64,000 nt of DNA from an uncultured Gammaproteobacteria bacterium (GCA_964486505.1 CAZAMC010000001.1:26748-90747); one strand, 5' to 3'. Positions 47,100 through 57,105 are shown, counted from the first letter of the stretch. Notes: generated from the letters alone by a model not told the origin. Numbers and translations: made by a program.

Positions 47100-47527
47100 A
47101 AGTAGTTTTTCTCAAATCACTGCCACCCTACAAAGTTGGGCAAGTCGCCTCGGTTGCCGATGGGTACGCCCAGAACTTTCTTTTCCCACGTAAACTGGCC
47201 CAGCCGGCAACGCAGAAAGCCTTGCAAGCGGCGCATGATCAGCAGCGCGCGGATGCAGCGGGAGTAGCGGAAAAAAATAAAGCAAATGCGCAGCTCCGAG
47301 AGGCTCTCAGCGGCGTTACTATTCGGCTCACTGCTCCCACGGCACCTAGCGGCACCCTGTACGCCGCGATTACTGCTCAGGCGGTCCGGCAGGCGGTGGC
47401 AAAGCAGTTACATGCCCCCGTCCCAGAACAGGTTGGTGAAGATATGGAGAATATTAAGTCAGCCGGTCAACATCGGGTAACCTGGAACCTTGACGGACAT
47501 CTCGTAACCTTTACAGTAGAAGTATGA
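47096..47527 (+). CDS. rplI: 50S ribosomal protein L9
   Basis: MKVVFLKSLPPYKVGQVASVADGYAQNFLFPRKLA is the L9 N-domain. Confidence 0.85.
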   Translation: MKVVFLKSLPPYKVGQVASVADGYAQNFLFPRKLAQPATQKALQAAHDQQRADAAGVAEKNKANAQLREALSGVTIRLTAPTAPSGTLYAAITAQAVRQAVAKQLHAPVPEQVGEDMENIKSAGQHRVTWNLDGHLVTFTVEV

Positions 47528-49176
47528 CGGCTCGCCGCACTCGGTACATTTTCGTTACAGGTGGAGTTTGTTCAGGCTTGGGGAAAGGCATTGCGGCCGC
47601 ATCCATTGGCGCGCTTTTGAAGGCCGCAAAATTTTCGGTTTTTTCCATTAAGTTTGACCCCTACCTCAACGTTGATCCGGGCACCATGAATCCGTACCAG
47701 CACGGGGAAGTGTTTGTGCTTCGGGACGGTACAGAAACCGATTTGGACCTGGGCCACTACGAGCGCTTTTTGGATGTTGAATTAACGAAGTCCTCCTCGG
47801 TATCCACGGGCCAGCTCTACCAACGGGTCATTGCCCAGGAACGGGCGGGTCGGTACCTGGGGAAAACTATTCAGATAATCCCGCACATTACCGAGGCACT
47901 GAAGCAGGCTATTCGAGAGGTGACAGAGGCGCAGAAGCCGGATGTCCTGATTATGGAAATTGGCGGTACGGTGGGGGACATTGAGGGCGAGCCTTTCCTC
48001 GAGGCAGCGCGGCAAATGCGTCATGAGTTTGGTAACCACGTCTTGTTTGTGCATGTAGGGCTGTTGCCGTACCTCAAAACTACTAAAGAGCTTAAGACGA
48101 AGCCCGTGCAGGCTTCGGTGCGAGAGTTACAGCGTGCCGGTATTCACCCAGACGTCATTATCGCCCGAGCAGATGAGACCATACGGAAAGACCATCTGGA
48201 GAAGCTGAGTCTTTTCTGTGGCGTGCCTTTGCACGCGGTTATTCCTGCCAAAACTTCCCGGAGCATCTACGACGTGCCTCTGGACATGGAAAAGCACGGG
48301 ATTACTAAGACCGTGCTCACCGCCTTAGATTTGGATAACCGACGCCCCCAGCTCACACCCTGGCGTGAACTTGTGCGACGATCACGAAATGGGAAGCCAA
48401 CCCTGAGCATTGTGCTCGTTGGGAAGTACGTTGAACACGGTGATGCCTACTTATCGGTCGTCGAGGCCCTGCGAGCCGCAGCCTACGCCAATGGAGCTAA
48501 ACTGACGCTTTCGTGGGTGGATGCTGAGAAGCTGGAAGAGCGTGACCGCCGATCTTGGGACACGCTACGGCAAGCAGATGGGATTGTCGTGCCCGGTGGG
48601 TTCGGCGCCCGTGGTGTAGAAGGAAAAGTCTCGGCCGTGCGGTATGCCCGTGAAGAGCAAGTCCCGTACTTTGGACTTTGCCTGGGTATGCAGATTGCAA
48701 CAATTGATTTTGCCCGCCATGTAGCGGGTCTGAAAGATGCAACGAGCACCGAGTTTCAACCAGATGCAAAGACGCCGGTTATTCACATTATGCCGGAGCA
48801 GGAAAAGAAATTGCTTTCGCAAGACTACGGCGCAACAATGCGCTTAGGCGACTGGTTGTGCGCCTTAACCCCGGGGAGCTTGAGTGCCCGGGCCTACGGT
48901 GAGACCCAAGTGCGTGAGCGTCACCGTCATCGGTATGAGTTTAATAACGAGTACCGTGAAACGCTTGAAAAAGCAGGTCTCCGGATTGCGGGGACGTCAA
49001 CAGACGGGAAACTTGTAGAAATTATTGAATTGAAAGATCACCCGTGGTTTGTGGGCGTGCAGTTCCATCCGGAGTTCACCTCCCGCCCCTTGCGGCCCCA
49101 GCCATTATTCCGAGATTTCATTGCGGCTGCAAAGAAACGAAAAATTGGCCGCAGCAGCGGGAAAGGGGAACGCTAG
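47524..49176 (+). CDS. pyrG: CTP synthase
   Basis: YIFVTGGVCSGLGKGI, the glutamine amidotransferase Cys in GLCLGMQ and HPEF. Confidence 0.95.
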   Translation: MTARRTRYIFVTGGVCSGLGKGIAAASIGALLKAAKFSVFSIKFDPYLNVDPGTMNPYQHGEVFVLRDGTETDLDLGHYERFLDVELTKSSSVSTGQLYQRVIAQERAGRYLGKTIQIIPHITEALKQAIREVTEAQKPDVLIMEIGGTVGDIEGEPFLEAARQMRHEFGNHVLFVHVGLLPYLKTTKELKTKPVQASVRELQRAGIHPDVIIARADETIRKDHLEKLSLFCGVPLHAVIPAKTSRSIYDVPLDMEKHGITKTVLTALDLDNRRPQLTPWRELVRRSRNGKPTLSIVLVGKYVEHGDAYLSVVEALRAAAYANGAKLTLSWVDAEKLEERDRRSWDTLRQADGIVVPGGFGARGVEGKVSAVRYAREEQVPYFGLCLGMQIATIDFARHVAGLKDATSTEFQPDAKTPVIHIMPEQEKKLLSQDYGATMRLGDWLCALTPGSLSARAYGETQVRERHRHRYEFNNEYRETLEKAGLRIAGTSTDGKLVEIIELKDHPWFVGVQFHPEFTSRPLRPQPLFRDFIAAAKKRKIGRSSGKGER

Positions 49177-49184
49177 GCCTCTTG

Positions 49185-49457
49185 TTAGACGACGTCGACG
49201 AAGCGGCTCTGGCGCAGTGAGCCGTCGAAACGGCGGACTTTGCGTACCCGGAAGCTGACCTTGCCTTTCAGAAGGGCGTAGAGGGTATCGTCCCCCCCAC
49301 GGCGGACGTTTTTGCCTGCTCGAATAGCCGTACCGCGCTGTCGGACGAGGATGGAGCCGGGCCGCACTACTTCACCGGCATACGCCTTTATTCCTAGGCG
49401 CTTCGATTGGGAATCTCGGCCTAGACTAGTTGTGCCTACCCCTTTTACGTGGGCCAT
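49185..49457 (-). CDS. rpmA: 50S ribosomal protein L27
   Basis: [24 protein letters not shown] matches the L27 N-terminus MAHKKGGGS..GRDS.SKRLG.K. Confidence 0.85.
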   Translation of the reverse strand: MAHVKGVGTTSLGRDSQSKRLGIKAYAGEVVRPGSILVRQRGTAIRAGKNVRRGGDDTLYALLKGKVSFRVRKVRRFDGSLRQSRFVDVV

Positions 49458-49524
49458 ACATCGCAAAAACCAAGTTAGAGTGCATGTACTCTACCGCGCC
49501 GGTCACTTGGCGTCAAGGTGGGCG

Positions 49525-49818
49525 TTAGAATGGATTTTCAGCTGCTGCCCGCTCGCTTTGCTTCTCCTCAAACTTCTTGCTGACGGTTTCAAAGTCCTTC
49601 ACATTCAGTTTCTCCTGCTTCTGCGTAATCCGTTCTTCGGGGACGGTGTTCACTATGTACGGCGTGTAGATTTTCGTATAGCCAAACCAACCGAGCCCGG
49701 CGAGCCCAATAACGCCAATGATGGCGCAGGTAATGCCCGCAATGAGAGGCACAGCGCTCATATTCAGCTGCAGGTGGCGCTTTTTACCTCGGAGTTTTTT
49801 TAGGAATGCTAGTGCCAT
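49525..49818 (-). CDS. Small membrane protein in the pilus operon (hypothetical; position compatible with PilP-like)
   Basis: A single TM (VPLIAGITCAIIGVIGLAGLGWFG) followed by a charged tail. Translationally coupled to the upstream pilO-like gene. Confidence 0.35.
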   Translation of the reverse strand: MALAFLKKLRGKKRHLQLNMSAVPLIAGITCAIIGVIGLAGLGWFGYTKIYTPYIVNTVPEERITQKQEKLNVKDFETVSKKFEEKQSERAAAENPF

Positions 49819-50354
49819 GGGATTGTGCCCGCTAGAGTGAGGGTTGCGCTTTCCTCGCTTGCCCGTTGGAGGGAGAAGGTGTTGACGAGCATGTACGCTG
49901 GTTGAATTTCAATATCCCGCAAGAAGGCCAGAACATTCTCGGTGCTGCCGGTAATGTTTAAGGAAAAATCCCGTTCTTCAACCGTGAATACGCCCGGTCG
50001 GGTGGTTGGGTTTCGGAGAGGCTCTACGGGACTAAAGTCCTCTTCCAAATTGTGCTTTGCGGCAAGCTGCTCAAAGTACTCAACCAGCTTTAGGGCTTCG
50101 GTTCGGCTTGCGAAAGCGACATCAAGTTTTGCAGCTTTGCTTTGAATCTCGGCCACTTGTTTTTGCAATGTGGAGATGTTCTGCGCTTCTCGGCGATTGA
50201 GCTCCACAGTAAGGAGGGCATCTTCGATTGTTGCCGCGTTGCTACTGAGCTTGCCACCAAAGAAAATGAGAATGAGCCATACGAAAGCTCCAGTGACAAC
50301 GACACCGGCACCAACCCAGACCCAGAGAAGCGCTTTGGGGGAAAGGGTGCGCAT
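49809..50354 (-). CDS. pilO: Type IV pilus assembly protein PilO-like
   Basis: N-terminal TM, a coiled-coil region, then an alpha/beta domain. Position after pilN. Confidence 0.5.
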   Translation of the reverse strand: MRTLSPKALLWVWVGAGVVVTGAFVWLILIFFGGKLSSNAATIEDALLTVELNRREAQNISTLQKQVAEIQSKAAKLDVAFASRTEALKLVEYFEQLAAKHNLEEDFSPVEPLRNPTTRPGVFTVEERDFSLNITGSTENVLAFLRDIEIQPAYMLVNTFSLQRASEESATLTLAGTIPWH

Positions 50355-50355
50355 A

Positions 50356-50895
50356 CTACAAAGTGAATACTGCTTTCATAGTAACGTTGAAGTCAAGGTT
50401 GGTCCGCTTCGTCATGAGCGGGAACACGACATTTGAGAAGTAGTCGCTCTCTTCTAGGGTTTTTTCGTACGCGGTGTAGGCTTCGCGGGTCGAGGCTATG
50501 CCACTCACCGTGCACGTGCCGTTCTTCACTGAGCAGCTTACAGTGCGGAGGGAGATAGTGCTTGGCGTTATACTTGCCAGGTGCTGGATGATGGGGGTCC
50601 AGAATACGAATCGTTTTTGGACGTCCATGAGTGATCGGACTTGGCTGTTGACCCGTTGGGTAGTTTCCGCAATCGAACCCTGGGACTGCGCGTTGAGGAG
50701 CAGGGTAGACTGCGCTGCTTCTTGCTCAACTGCGCTGGCGCGGCTTTTTAGTTGGGCTAGGCCAATGCCTGCAATTGCGGTGCCAACGAGCGCAGTGAGT
50801 GCGAGGGTGAGTACAACGCCGCGAACAGCAGCCAGCAGCACATGCTCGCGTAAGGTCTGCTGCATCTGGGGGGAGGTGAGATTCAGTAGCATCAT
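50356..50895 (-). CDS. pilN: Type IV pilus assembly protein PilN-like
   Basis: Short cytoplasmic N-terminus, a TM segment, then a periplasmic coiled coil. Directly follows pilM. Confidence 0.55.
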   Translation of the reverse strand: MMLLNLTSPQMQQTLREHVLLAAVRGVVLTLALTALVGTAIAGIGLAQLKSRASAVEQEAAQSTLLLNAQSQGSIAETTQRVNSQVRSLMDVQKRFVFWTPIIQHLASITPSTISLRTVSCSVKNGTCTVSGIASTREAYTAYEKTLEESDYFSNVVFPLMTKRTNLDFNVTMKAVFTL

Positions 50896-51971
50896 AGGTC
50901 TTTTGGTGCGGTCAGCGGCAATCGTTGAGCGCCTCGGAGAGCAAGACCTAGGGCAGTCAGGTAAGAGGCGCCTACGGACTTTACTTCTTTCGTGGGGGTG
51001 GAGATATTTTCGGGCCAGCTCCCAACCTGGACAGGGAGCGACAAGGTAGATTGCATGAGGGGGCTGAGGGCGATGAGTTGTGAGCCGCCGCCCACCAGGG
51101 TAATGTCCTGGACCTTTGCTTCCTTCGGTGCATGTTCTTCGTAGTAGCTAATGACTTCGAGCATGCGCTGGAAGAGCGGCCGAAACTCCGTTTCGAGAAT
51201 GCTCCGGACCGCGCCCTTGCCCCGTTTGGGGTCAAGGCCACAAATACGCTTTGCCTGTTCGGCTTCGTCGGCCGTTAATCCGAGCTTGGTTTGGAGGAGC
51301 GCGGTAAGCCCATTCCCCGAGAGAGGCATTGTGGATGCGTACGCTACCAGGTCGCCTTCCGTAATGATTATGCCTGTGCGAGTTGCACCCAGATCGATAA
51401 TCATGTGTCCGCCGGCTGCTTGGCGGGTATTGAGCACGACGCGGCTGAGCGCGGCGGATTCAGGTTCAAACACAATGGGGATAATCCCTGCTGCTTGGAA
51501 GGCAGCGATGTACCCTTCCACCAGTAACTGGGGGGCAACGCTCACTATAACTCGTGCCAGCTTATCGTTGGGTTGGGGCTGGGTAACGTACTGCCAGTCG
51601 ACGTAGGCCTCGTCGAGCTTCATAGGAATGTTTTGGACCAGACCTTGCTGGAGGGACGCCGAGAAAGGCGTGTCAGCGATGAGCGGAACGTCAATAATCT
51701 TTGTAAAAGTTTTTCGTTCGGGCAAGCAAATGATTGCCGCCCGAGAACTTGGATGACGGTGGTGAGGCTTGCTAATGAGGTCCTTTAGGACCGTTACCAT
51801 GGCTTGCTGGTCACGAACCTCGCCTTCCACAATGGTTTTATCGGGGAGCGGACGTGCACTTATTGAACGCAGCGAAAAACCTTTTCCGCGCGGCACGAGC
51901 TGCACCATGCGAACGACCTGGTCGCTCACATCGATGCCCATGGCATTACTGTAGGGGCGAAGCATGCTCAT
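50892..51971 (-). CDS. pilM: Type IV pilus assembly protein PilM (actin-like ATPase fold)
   Basis: MGIDVSDQVVRMVQL start. About 350 aa with ASKHA-like glycine motifs (DLGATRTGIII). Confidence 0.8.
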   Translation of the reverse strand: MSMLRPYSNAMGIDVSDQVVRMVQLVPRGKGFSLRSISARPLPDKTIVEGEVRDQQAMVTVLKDLISKPHHRHPSSRAAIICLPERKTFTKIIDVPLIADTPFSASLQQGLVQNIPMKLDEAYVDWQYVTQPQPNDKLARVIVSVAPQLLVEGYIAAFQAAGIIPIVFEPESAALSRVVLNTRQAAGGHMIIDLGATRTGIIITEGDLVAYASTMPLSGNGLTALLQTKLGLTADEAEQAKRICGLDPKRGKGAVRSILETEFRPLFQRMLEVISYYEEHAPKEAKVQDITLVGGGSQLIALSPLMQSTLSLPVQVGSWPENISTPTKEVKSVGASYLTALGLALRGAQRLPLTAPKDL

Positions 51972-51972
51972 G

Positions 51973-53190
51973 CTAGTTGATTTGGTCGGTTAACGAGTAA
52001 ATTGGCAGAATGACAGCGACCACGATGCCAGCAACGCCGCCGCCGAGGAGCAAGATGAGGATAGGTTCCAGAATAGAAGTTAGGTTCGCCATGATTTGGT
52101 CCACTTCTTCTTCGTAAAACTTGGCGATTTCTTCGCTTATTGTATCAAGAGTACCGCTCTCTTCGCCAACGGCAACCATTTGCGATACTACTGGGGGGTA
52201 GAGCTTTGGGCTGGTCATGAGCACCTTGGCAACGCTGGAACCCTTCTTGAGTTCTTCTGCCGTGCGCTCTAGCGACTGTCGGAAAACGACATTCCCAATT
52301 GTTCGAGAAATAATTTGGAACGTCTGTACAATTGGAATATCTGTCTTTAAGAGTGAACTTAAGTTTCGAGTGAAGCGTGCAAGGTTTATCTTCTTTAAAA
52401 TGGGACCAATAATTGGTAAGCGAAGAAGAAATTTATGCCAAAGTAATCGGCCTTTTGGAGTGTGGATCCACCACCGGAAAAGGAAAATAAGCCCAATTGT
52501 TCCGGGGATGATAAACGCGATGTAGTGGCGCAAGAAGTCTGAGAGAGCAATGAGAATTCGCGTTGGCAGGGGCAGGGTGCCGCCTGACTGGGTGAATATT
52601 TCTAAAAGTTTCGGGACCACCGCAACCATCATGACAAAGCCCAGGACAATCATAGCCACCACAACAATCGTCGGGTAGGTTAAGGCGCCCCGCACCTTCG
52701 CGACCAGCTGGTGGTCTTTCTTTAGCTGCACCGTGAGGCGCAAGAGCACCTCATCGAGTTTTCCCGATACTTCGCCTGCGGCCACCATGTTGACGAAGAG
52801 TTCGGGGAAGACCTTTGGGTGCTTGGCCAAGGAAGACGAAAGGGTTTCCCCGCCTTCAACGTCATGGGCAAGCTCTTGGATGATTCCCCGAAAACCCTTA
52901 TGTTCGGTTTGCTGGGTAAGGACGTCGAGGGCATGACCCAGGGAAAAACCCGTCCGGACCATGACCTGCAGGTTCTGTAGAAAAACAATTTTCTGCATGA
53001 CCGGCACCCCGCCAAAACTGATGTTCAGTGAGAACTTCTTTTTCTGCTGGACTGTCGTTGGGCGGCTACTCACGAGCGTAAGACCCCGCACCCGCAGCAA
53101 AGAAGCGAGAAAGTGTTCGTCTTTCGCGTCCTGTGCACCGTGGATGGTTGCGCCCTGCAGGTTACGGGCGACGTAGGAGTAGACGGGCAT
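51973..53190 (-). CDS. pilC: Type IV pilus inner-membrane platform protein PilC (GspF family)
   Basis: Two T2SS-F repeats, each followed by TM helices. 405 aa. Confidence 0.85.
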   Translation of the reverse strand: MPVYSYVARNLQGATIHGAQDAKDEHFLASLLRVRGLTLVSSRPTTVQQKKKFSLNISFGGVPVMQKIVFLQNLQVMVRTGFSLGHALDVLTQQTEHKGFRGIIQELAHDVEGGETLSSSLAKHPKVFPELFVNMVAAGEVSGKLDEVLLRLTVQLKKDHQLVAKVRGALTYPTIVVVAMIVLGFVMMVAVVPKLLEIFTQSGGTLPLPTRILIALSDFLRHYIAFIIPGTIGLIFLFRWWIHTPKGRLLWHKFLLRLPIIGPILKKINLARFTRNLSSLLKTDIPIVQTFQIISRTIGNVVFRQSLERTAEELKKGSSVAKVLMTSPKLYPPVVSQMVAVGEESGTLDTISEEIAKFYEEEVDQIMANLTSILEPILILLLGGGVAGIVVAVILPIYSLTDQIN

Positions 53191-53192
53191 GG

Positions 53193-54920
53193 TTACTCTT
53201 TAGTAACGCGGAGTACTTCTTCGATCGTCGTTATGCCGTACTTGGCCTTAATGAATCCGTCTTCGGCCATAGTGAGCATGCCCTGCTTCGCGGCGGCTCG
53301 CCGCAGGTCCTCGGTTGTCCCTTTATTCAATATGAGGTCAGCAATGTCGTGCGAAACCTCCATAATTTCGTAGATGCCAATACGGCCCTTGTAGCCTTCG
53401 TGGTTGCACTGCTTGCACCCCTTACCGCGGTAGAAGAGTAAGGACTCGATTGGCGCAGTTTCCGACATAATCGCCCCTTCACGGGCAAGCGTCTTCATGA
53501 TGAACTGGACGTCAAACTGCTTGTTGAGGTCTTCGACAGCTGCTTTGGAGAGCGTGTAACTTTGGATACAGTGAAGGCAAATTTTTCGGACCAGACGCTG
53601 GGCCATGAGAATGTTTGTGGTGGATGCGATCAGGAACGAGGGTACGCCCATTTCTCCAAGGCGGGGGAGCGCGGTAACGGCGTCATTGGTGTGCAACGTA
53701 GAAAGCACCAGGTGCCCAGTCATGGCCGCGTTCGCGGCAATTTCCGCAGTCTCGTTGTCACGGATTTCTCCAACCATAATGATGTTCGGGTCTTGGCGTA
53801 AAAGGGAGCGCAAGCCACCGGCAAAAGTAAAGCCGATTTTCGGGTTCACCTGGCTTTGGTTAACCCGGGGCATGCGGTACTCAATTGGGTCTTCCACGGT
53901 TGAAATATTAACCTCGGGTTTATTGAGGATGTTGAGTACCGTGTAGAGGGTTGTGGTTTTCCCTGAACCGGTTGGCCCAGTGACCAAGATGATTCCGTGG
54001 GGCTTCTTAATATTGCGCTTGAGCATTTCTAAGGGCTTTGGCTGCAAGCCAAGTTGCTCCAGGGAGAGTACCTGCGCGGACTCATTGAGCAAACGGAGGA
54101 CCGCTTTTTCACCGTCGTACACCGGCAGGATGGAAACCCGGAAAGCGACTTTGTAGTCTTTTGTGGTTATGGTAAAGCGGCCATCTTGCGGGAGTCGGTG
54201 TTCGTCTATTTTGAGGTTTGAGAGAATTTTAATACGGGCAATGATCCCCGATTGCGTAGTTTTCGGAAGGGTCATGACCTGCTTCAACCGGCCATCAATG
54301 CGATACCGGACGACGAGGTCGGCCTCCTGCGGTTCGATGTGGATGTCTGAGGCGCTTTCGAATATCGCATACTCCAACATACTGTCGACGATGCGGATAA
54401 TTGGCACATCCTCAGCAAGTTCAGTGAGCTTCTTCCCACCCTCAGCGTCGGTATCGACTGGCTCCCTCGCGATTTCCTTGAAGGTAGCGGATAAACCTTT
54501 GTGGAACTGTGACAGCGCATTCTTAATGCTTGACGGGGTGGTAATGGCAATGTCGGCTTGGAGGCCCGTTTTTTTCTTAATGAACTCAATGGTCTGGAGG
54601 TCACGGGGGTCCAATGTGGCGAGCTTTATGCGCTTAGGGTCCATGTCGTAGGCCACGACTTGGTGGACTTGTACCAGCGGTTCGGGGACGGCTTCCAGCA
54701 CGTCTTTACGAATGGTGACTTGGCGCAAGTCTATGAACGGCAGCTTGTAGTACGACGCTATGGTTTCGTACAATACGTTCTCAGACAAAATGTTATGGTC
54801 AACAAGGTACCGGTCTAAATCAAGGTTGGCTTTTTCTGCAGCCGAAACCGCCCCCGAAAGATCTGCTTCGGGGAGGACATTGGCATTGGTGAGGATTTTT
54901 GCCAGGGTCGCCGACTTCAT
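53193..54920 (-). CDS. pilB: Type IV pilus assembly ATPase PilB (GspE family) with N-terminal GSPII_E_N domain
   Basis: Walker A GPTGSGKTT, tetracysteine CLHC...CKQC and the N-terminal MshEN-like domain. Confidence 0.9.
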   Translation of the reverse strand: MKSATLAKILTNANVLPEADLSGAVSAAEKANLDLDRYLVDHNILSENVLYETIASYYKLPFIDLRQVTIRKDVLEAVPEPLVQVHQVVAYDMDPKRIKLATLDPRDLQTIEFIKKKTGLQADIAITTPSSIKNALSQFHKGLSATFKEIAREPVDTDAEGGKKLTELAEDVPIIRIVDSMLEYAIFESASDIHIEPQEADLVVRYRIDGRLKQVMTLPKTTQSGIIARIKILSNLKIDEHRLPQDGRFTITTKDYKVAFRVSILPVYDGEKAVLRLLNESAQVLSLEQLGLQPKPLEMLKRNIKKPHGIILVTGPTGSGKTTTLYTVLNILNKPEVNISTVEDPIEYRMPRVNQSQVNPKIGFTFAGGLRSLLRQDPNIIMVGEIRDNETAEIAANAAMTGHLVLSTLHTNDAVTALPRLGEMGVPSFLIASTTNILMAQRLVRKICLHCIQSYTLSKAAVEDLNKQFDVQFIMKTLAREGAIMSETAPIESLLFYRGKGCKQCNHEGYKGRIGIYEIMEVSHDIADLILNKGTTEDLRRAAAKQGMLTMAEDGFIKAKYGITTIEEVLRVTKE

Positions 54921-54977
54921 GATCGCGCGTTTCCTGTGAGCATGGTAGTTACATTATGCTAAAAAAAGCTCGTAGCG

Positions 54978-56834
54978 TCAATGAGCAGGTCTAGGCGCTC
55001 GGCCGTCGCGGAAGTCGAAGACATTAATGGACCCGCCGATTCGGGCATCGGGCTCGTACGCATTGAGCCACCAGTATGCTCCGTCCTGCGAAAGCTGGCT
55101 GGTAATGCTAATGGCAACGACGCAGTTTACGTCGGCGGGGGAATGGGGATCTGCAGCTGTGGGCAAGTAGCGGTAGTCAATGCCGTAGTACGTAAGGTCA
55201 GCTTGGCCAAAATAGCTCATGCACACGAAGGGGATGTTCCGCTCGCGCAGGTAGTGTGCAAGCCGTTTGAGGTCTTGGCCCCAATCAATGTTCGAATCCA
55301 CGAGGTAGCGAGAACCTTGCGAAGAACCCCCGGCAAACTCTGAGAAGTACGACGTGTAGGCCGGGTAGGCGAGCGCACTCGTAAGAATGTAGATCAGCAC
55401 AATGCCCCCCAGCACGATGCGGAGGAAACGCTTTGTATGGCTAAATGCATTTGTGAGGAATGTGCCAATGCCCACGAAAAACGCTGCGTACACCGGGAAG
55501 ATGTGGCGAATGCCAAGGTTCAGGCTGCTGGACATGCTCCAGAATAAGTACGCAATCGCTGCACCCATGATCAGGCTGTAGCCAGTCGCAAACTTTTGCT
55601 GTTTAACCAGGCGTGCGTACAGAAAGCCGGCAAAGGCCAGGAGACTCATCACCAACGTAGCGGCGGGCAGTTTGACAAAGAGTGCAAAGGGGAAGTACCA
55701 CCACCAGCCAAAGTTCGAGTACATGCCATTGAGGTAGGCGAGGTGGCCCCAGTACTCGTGGTTGACCACGAGGGCGAAGCCTTTGAGGTACGACCATGCG
55801 GGTACAGGGGTGTGTAGAACGAGGGTTTGCACTGTCCGGCCCAGACGGGTAGTGGGATCAGTCAGGCGAATGACCCGCTGGACAGCTGACGGCTGCTGCT
55901 CGATGCGATCTTGGGTGACGACACGCTCGCGTTCAGCGAGAAGGGCGGCTACCCACGGGTCATCGTTGCCCGTGCGAACTTGCCCAAAGTAGCAGACCAT
56001 CGCCGTAACAATTGTTCCAACTATGCTCACGAGGAGAATGGTTGCTGATTTGCGCAGTCCCACTCGGAAATTTCGTGATTGCCTAACAAAGAAGATGAAC
56101 GTTGCGCAGACGGCGATGATGAGTAAGAAGGCGGCAGAGAATTTGGCCATTTGGGCCAGACCGAATACTAGGGCAAAGATGAGTAACCGTTTGCGGGTCC
56201 AGTTTTCGAAGAGCCTCACTAAAAGGTAGAGGGTTGCGGCGTACCCAAGGGTCACGCCGACGTCAGTAGTGATGTAGCGTCCGTGGGCTAGGAAATTTGG
56301 ATCGAGAGCATACCACCCAAGGGTAAAAAGCCCACCCACGTCACCCGCGAGTTTCCGACCCCAGAGGTACAGCATGAGCCCCAGTCCTGCACCAAGCGCC
56401 ACCATGGCCAGCCTGCCCAGGAAGAGGAGCTGATCAGCATTATTCCCGCTGTGGTAAAGGAAATCGCGGGCAAATGCCCACTGGTTGCCTTCTTGCCACG
56501 ATGGTGCATCCAGCGGAATCGTTGGTCGAGCCAGGAGGACTGGTACCGCCGCAAGCAGCTTGATGAGTGGCGGGTGCTCCTCGTTGAGGCGGAAATCTCG
56601 GGTTACCCAGTAACTTACACCGGAAGCGAGGTGGACACCTTCGTCTACGGTCTGGACTTCCTCCCGCATCGAGGTAATCTGGAGTGTAGCCATGACCCCT
56701 ATAAGCACACCAACAATAACTCGGCGTACCCAAGGCCGAAGGTGGATCCACCGGGCAGTTGCGCCGCTTTGGAAATCGTCAGAACGCTGGCCTGCCATTG
56801 GGTCAGGTATTGGATTAGCGCTTGCGTGGGGCAT
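54978..56834 (-). CDS. Large polytopic membrane protein, GT-C-like (PMT/ArnT-like candidate glycosyltransferase)
   Basis: 618 aa with about 12 TM helices. The first loop carries a DEG motif (VQTVDEGVHLASG). Confidence 0.45.
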   Translation of the reverse strand: MPHASANPIPDPMAGQRSDDFQSGATARWIHLRPWVRRVIVGVLIGVMATLQITSMREEVQTVDEGVHLASGVSYWVTRDFRLNEEHPPLIKLLAAVPVLLARPTIPLDAPSWQEGNQWAFARDFLYHSGNNADQLLFLGRLAMVALGAGLGLMLYLWGRKLAGDVGGLFTLGWYALDPNFLAHGRYITTDVGVTLGYAATLYLLVRLFENWTRKRLLIFALVFGLAQMAKFSAAFLLIIAVCATFIFFVRQSRNFRVGLRKSATILLVSIVGTIVTAMVCYFGQVRTGNDDPWVAALLAERERVVTQDRIEQQPSAVQRVIRLTDPTTRLGRTVQTLVLHTPVPAWSYLKGFALVVNHEYWGHLAYLNGMYSNFGWWWYFPFALFVKLPAATLVMSLLAFAGFLYARLVKQQKFATGYSLIMGAAIAYLFWSMSSSLNLGIRHIFPVYAAFFVGIGTFLTNAFSHTKRFLRIVLGGIVLIYILTSALAYPAYTSYFSEFAGGSSQGSRYLVDSNIDWGQDLKRLAHYLRERNIPFVCMSYFGQADLTYYGIDYRYLPTAADPHSPADVNCVVAISITSQLSQDGAYWWLNAYEPDARIGGSINVFDFRDGRAPRPAH

Positions 56835-56854
56835 AGTGATCAGCGGCTATCCGC

Positions 56855-57105
56855 CAGGAACAGAGAATATCGTCACTCATTATAGCATTCCGTTTGGCAT
56901 TGATGGCATTGGCTCCTGGTGGCAAGTCTGGCTGGTGCCGGGCATTGCCACCGTCATGACAATCCTTTGCATTATTGGTATGCTGCCTGTCCTGCGTCGT
57001 CGTCAACCCAAGACCATTGGCCTCCTGCACAGCGCCGCGGTGTTCTGTAATTTCGGTATCGCTTGGGGGCTCTTCCTCCTGCGTATCCAGCAAGTGCCCG
57101 TATGA
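56855..57105 (+). CDS. Small membrane protein, DUF1648-like (hypothetical; GTG start)
   Basis: IVTHYSIPFGIDGIGS resembles the DUF1648 P..H....G..D motif. Two TM helices. Confidence 0.25.

Noticed and set aside
56692-57105. 137-aa ORF overlapping the end of the 54978-56834 gene
   Set aside because: The first 50 codons overlap the N-terminus of the convergent large membrane protein and look non-coding. Only the GTG-initiated distal part is retained, at low confidence.
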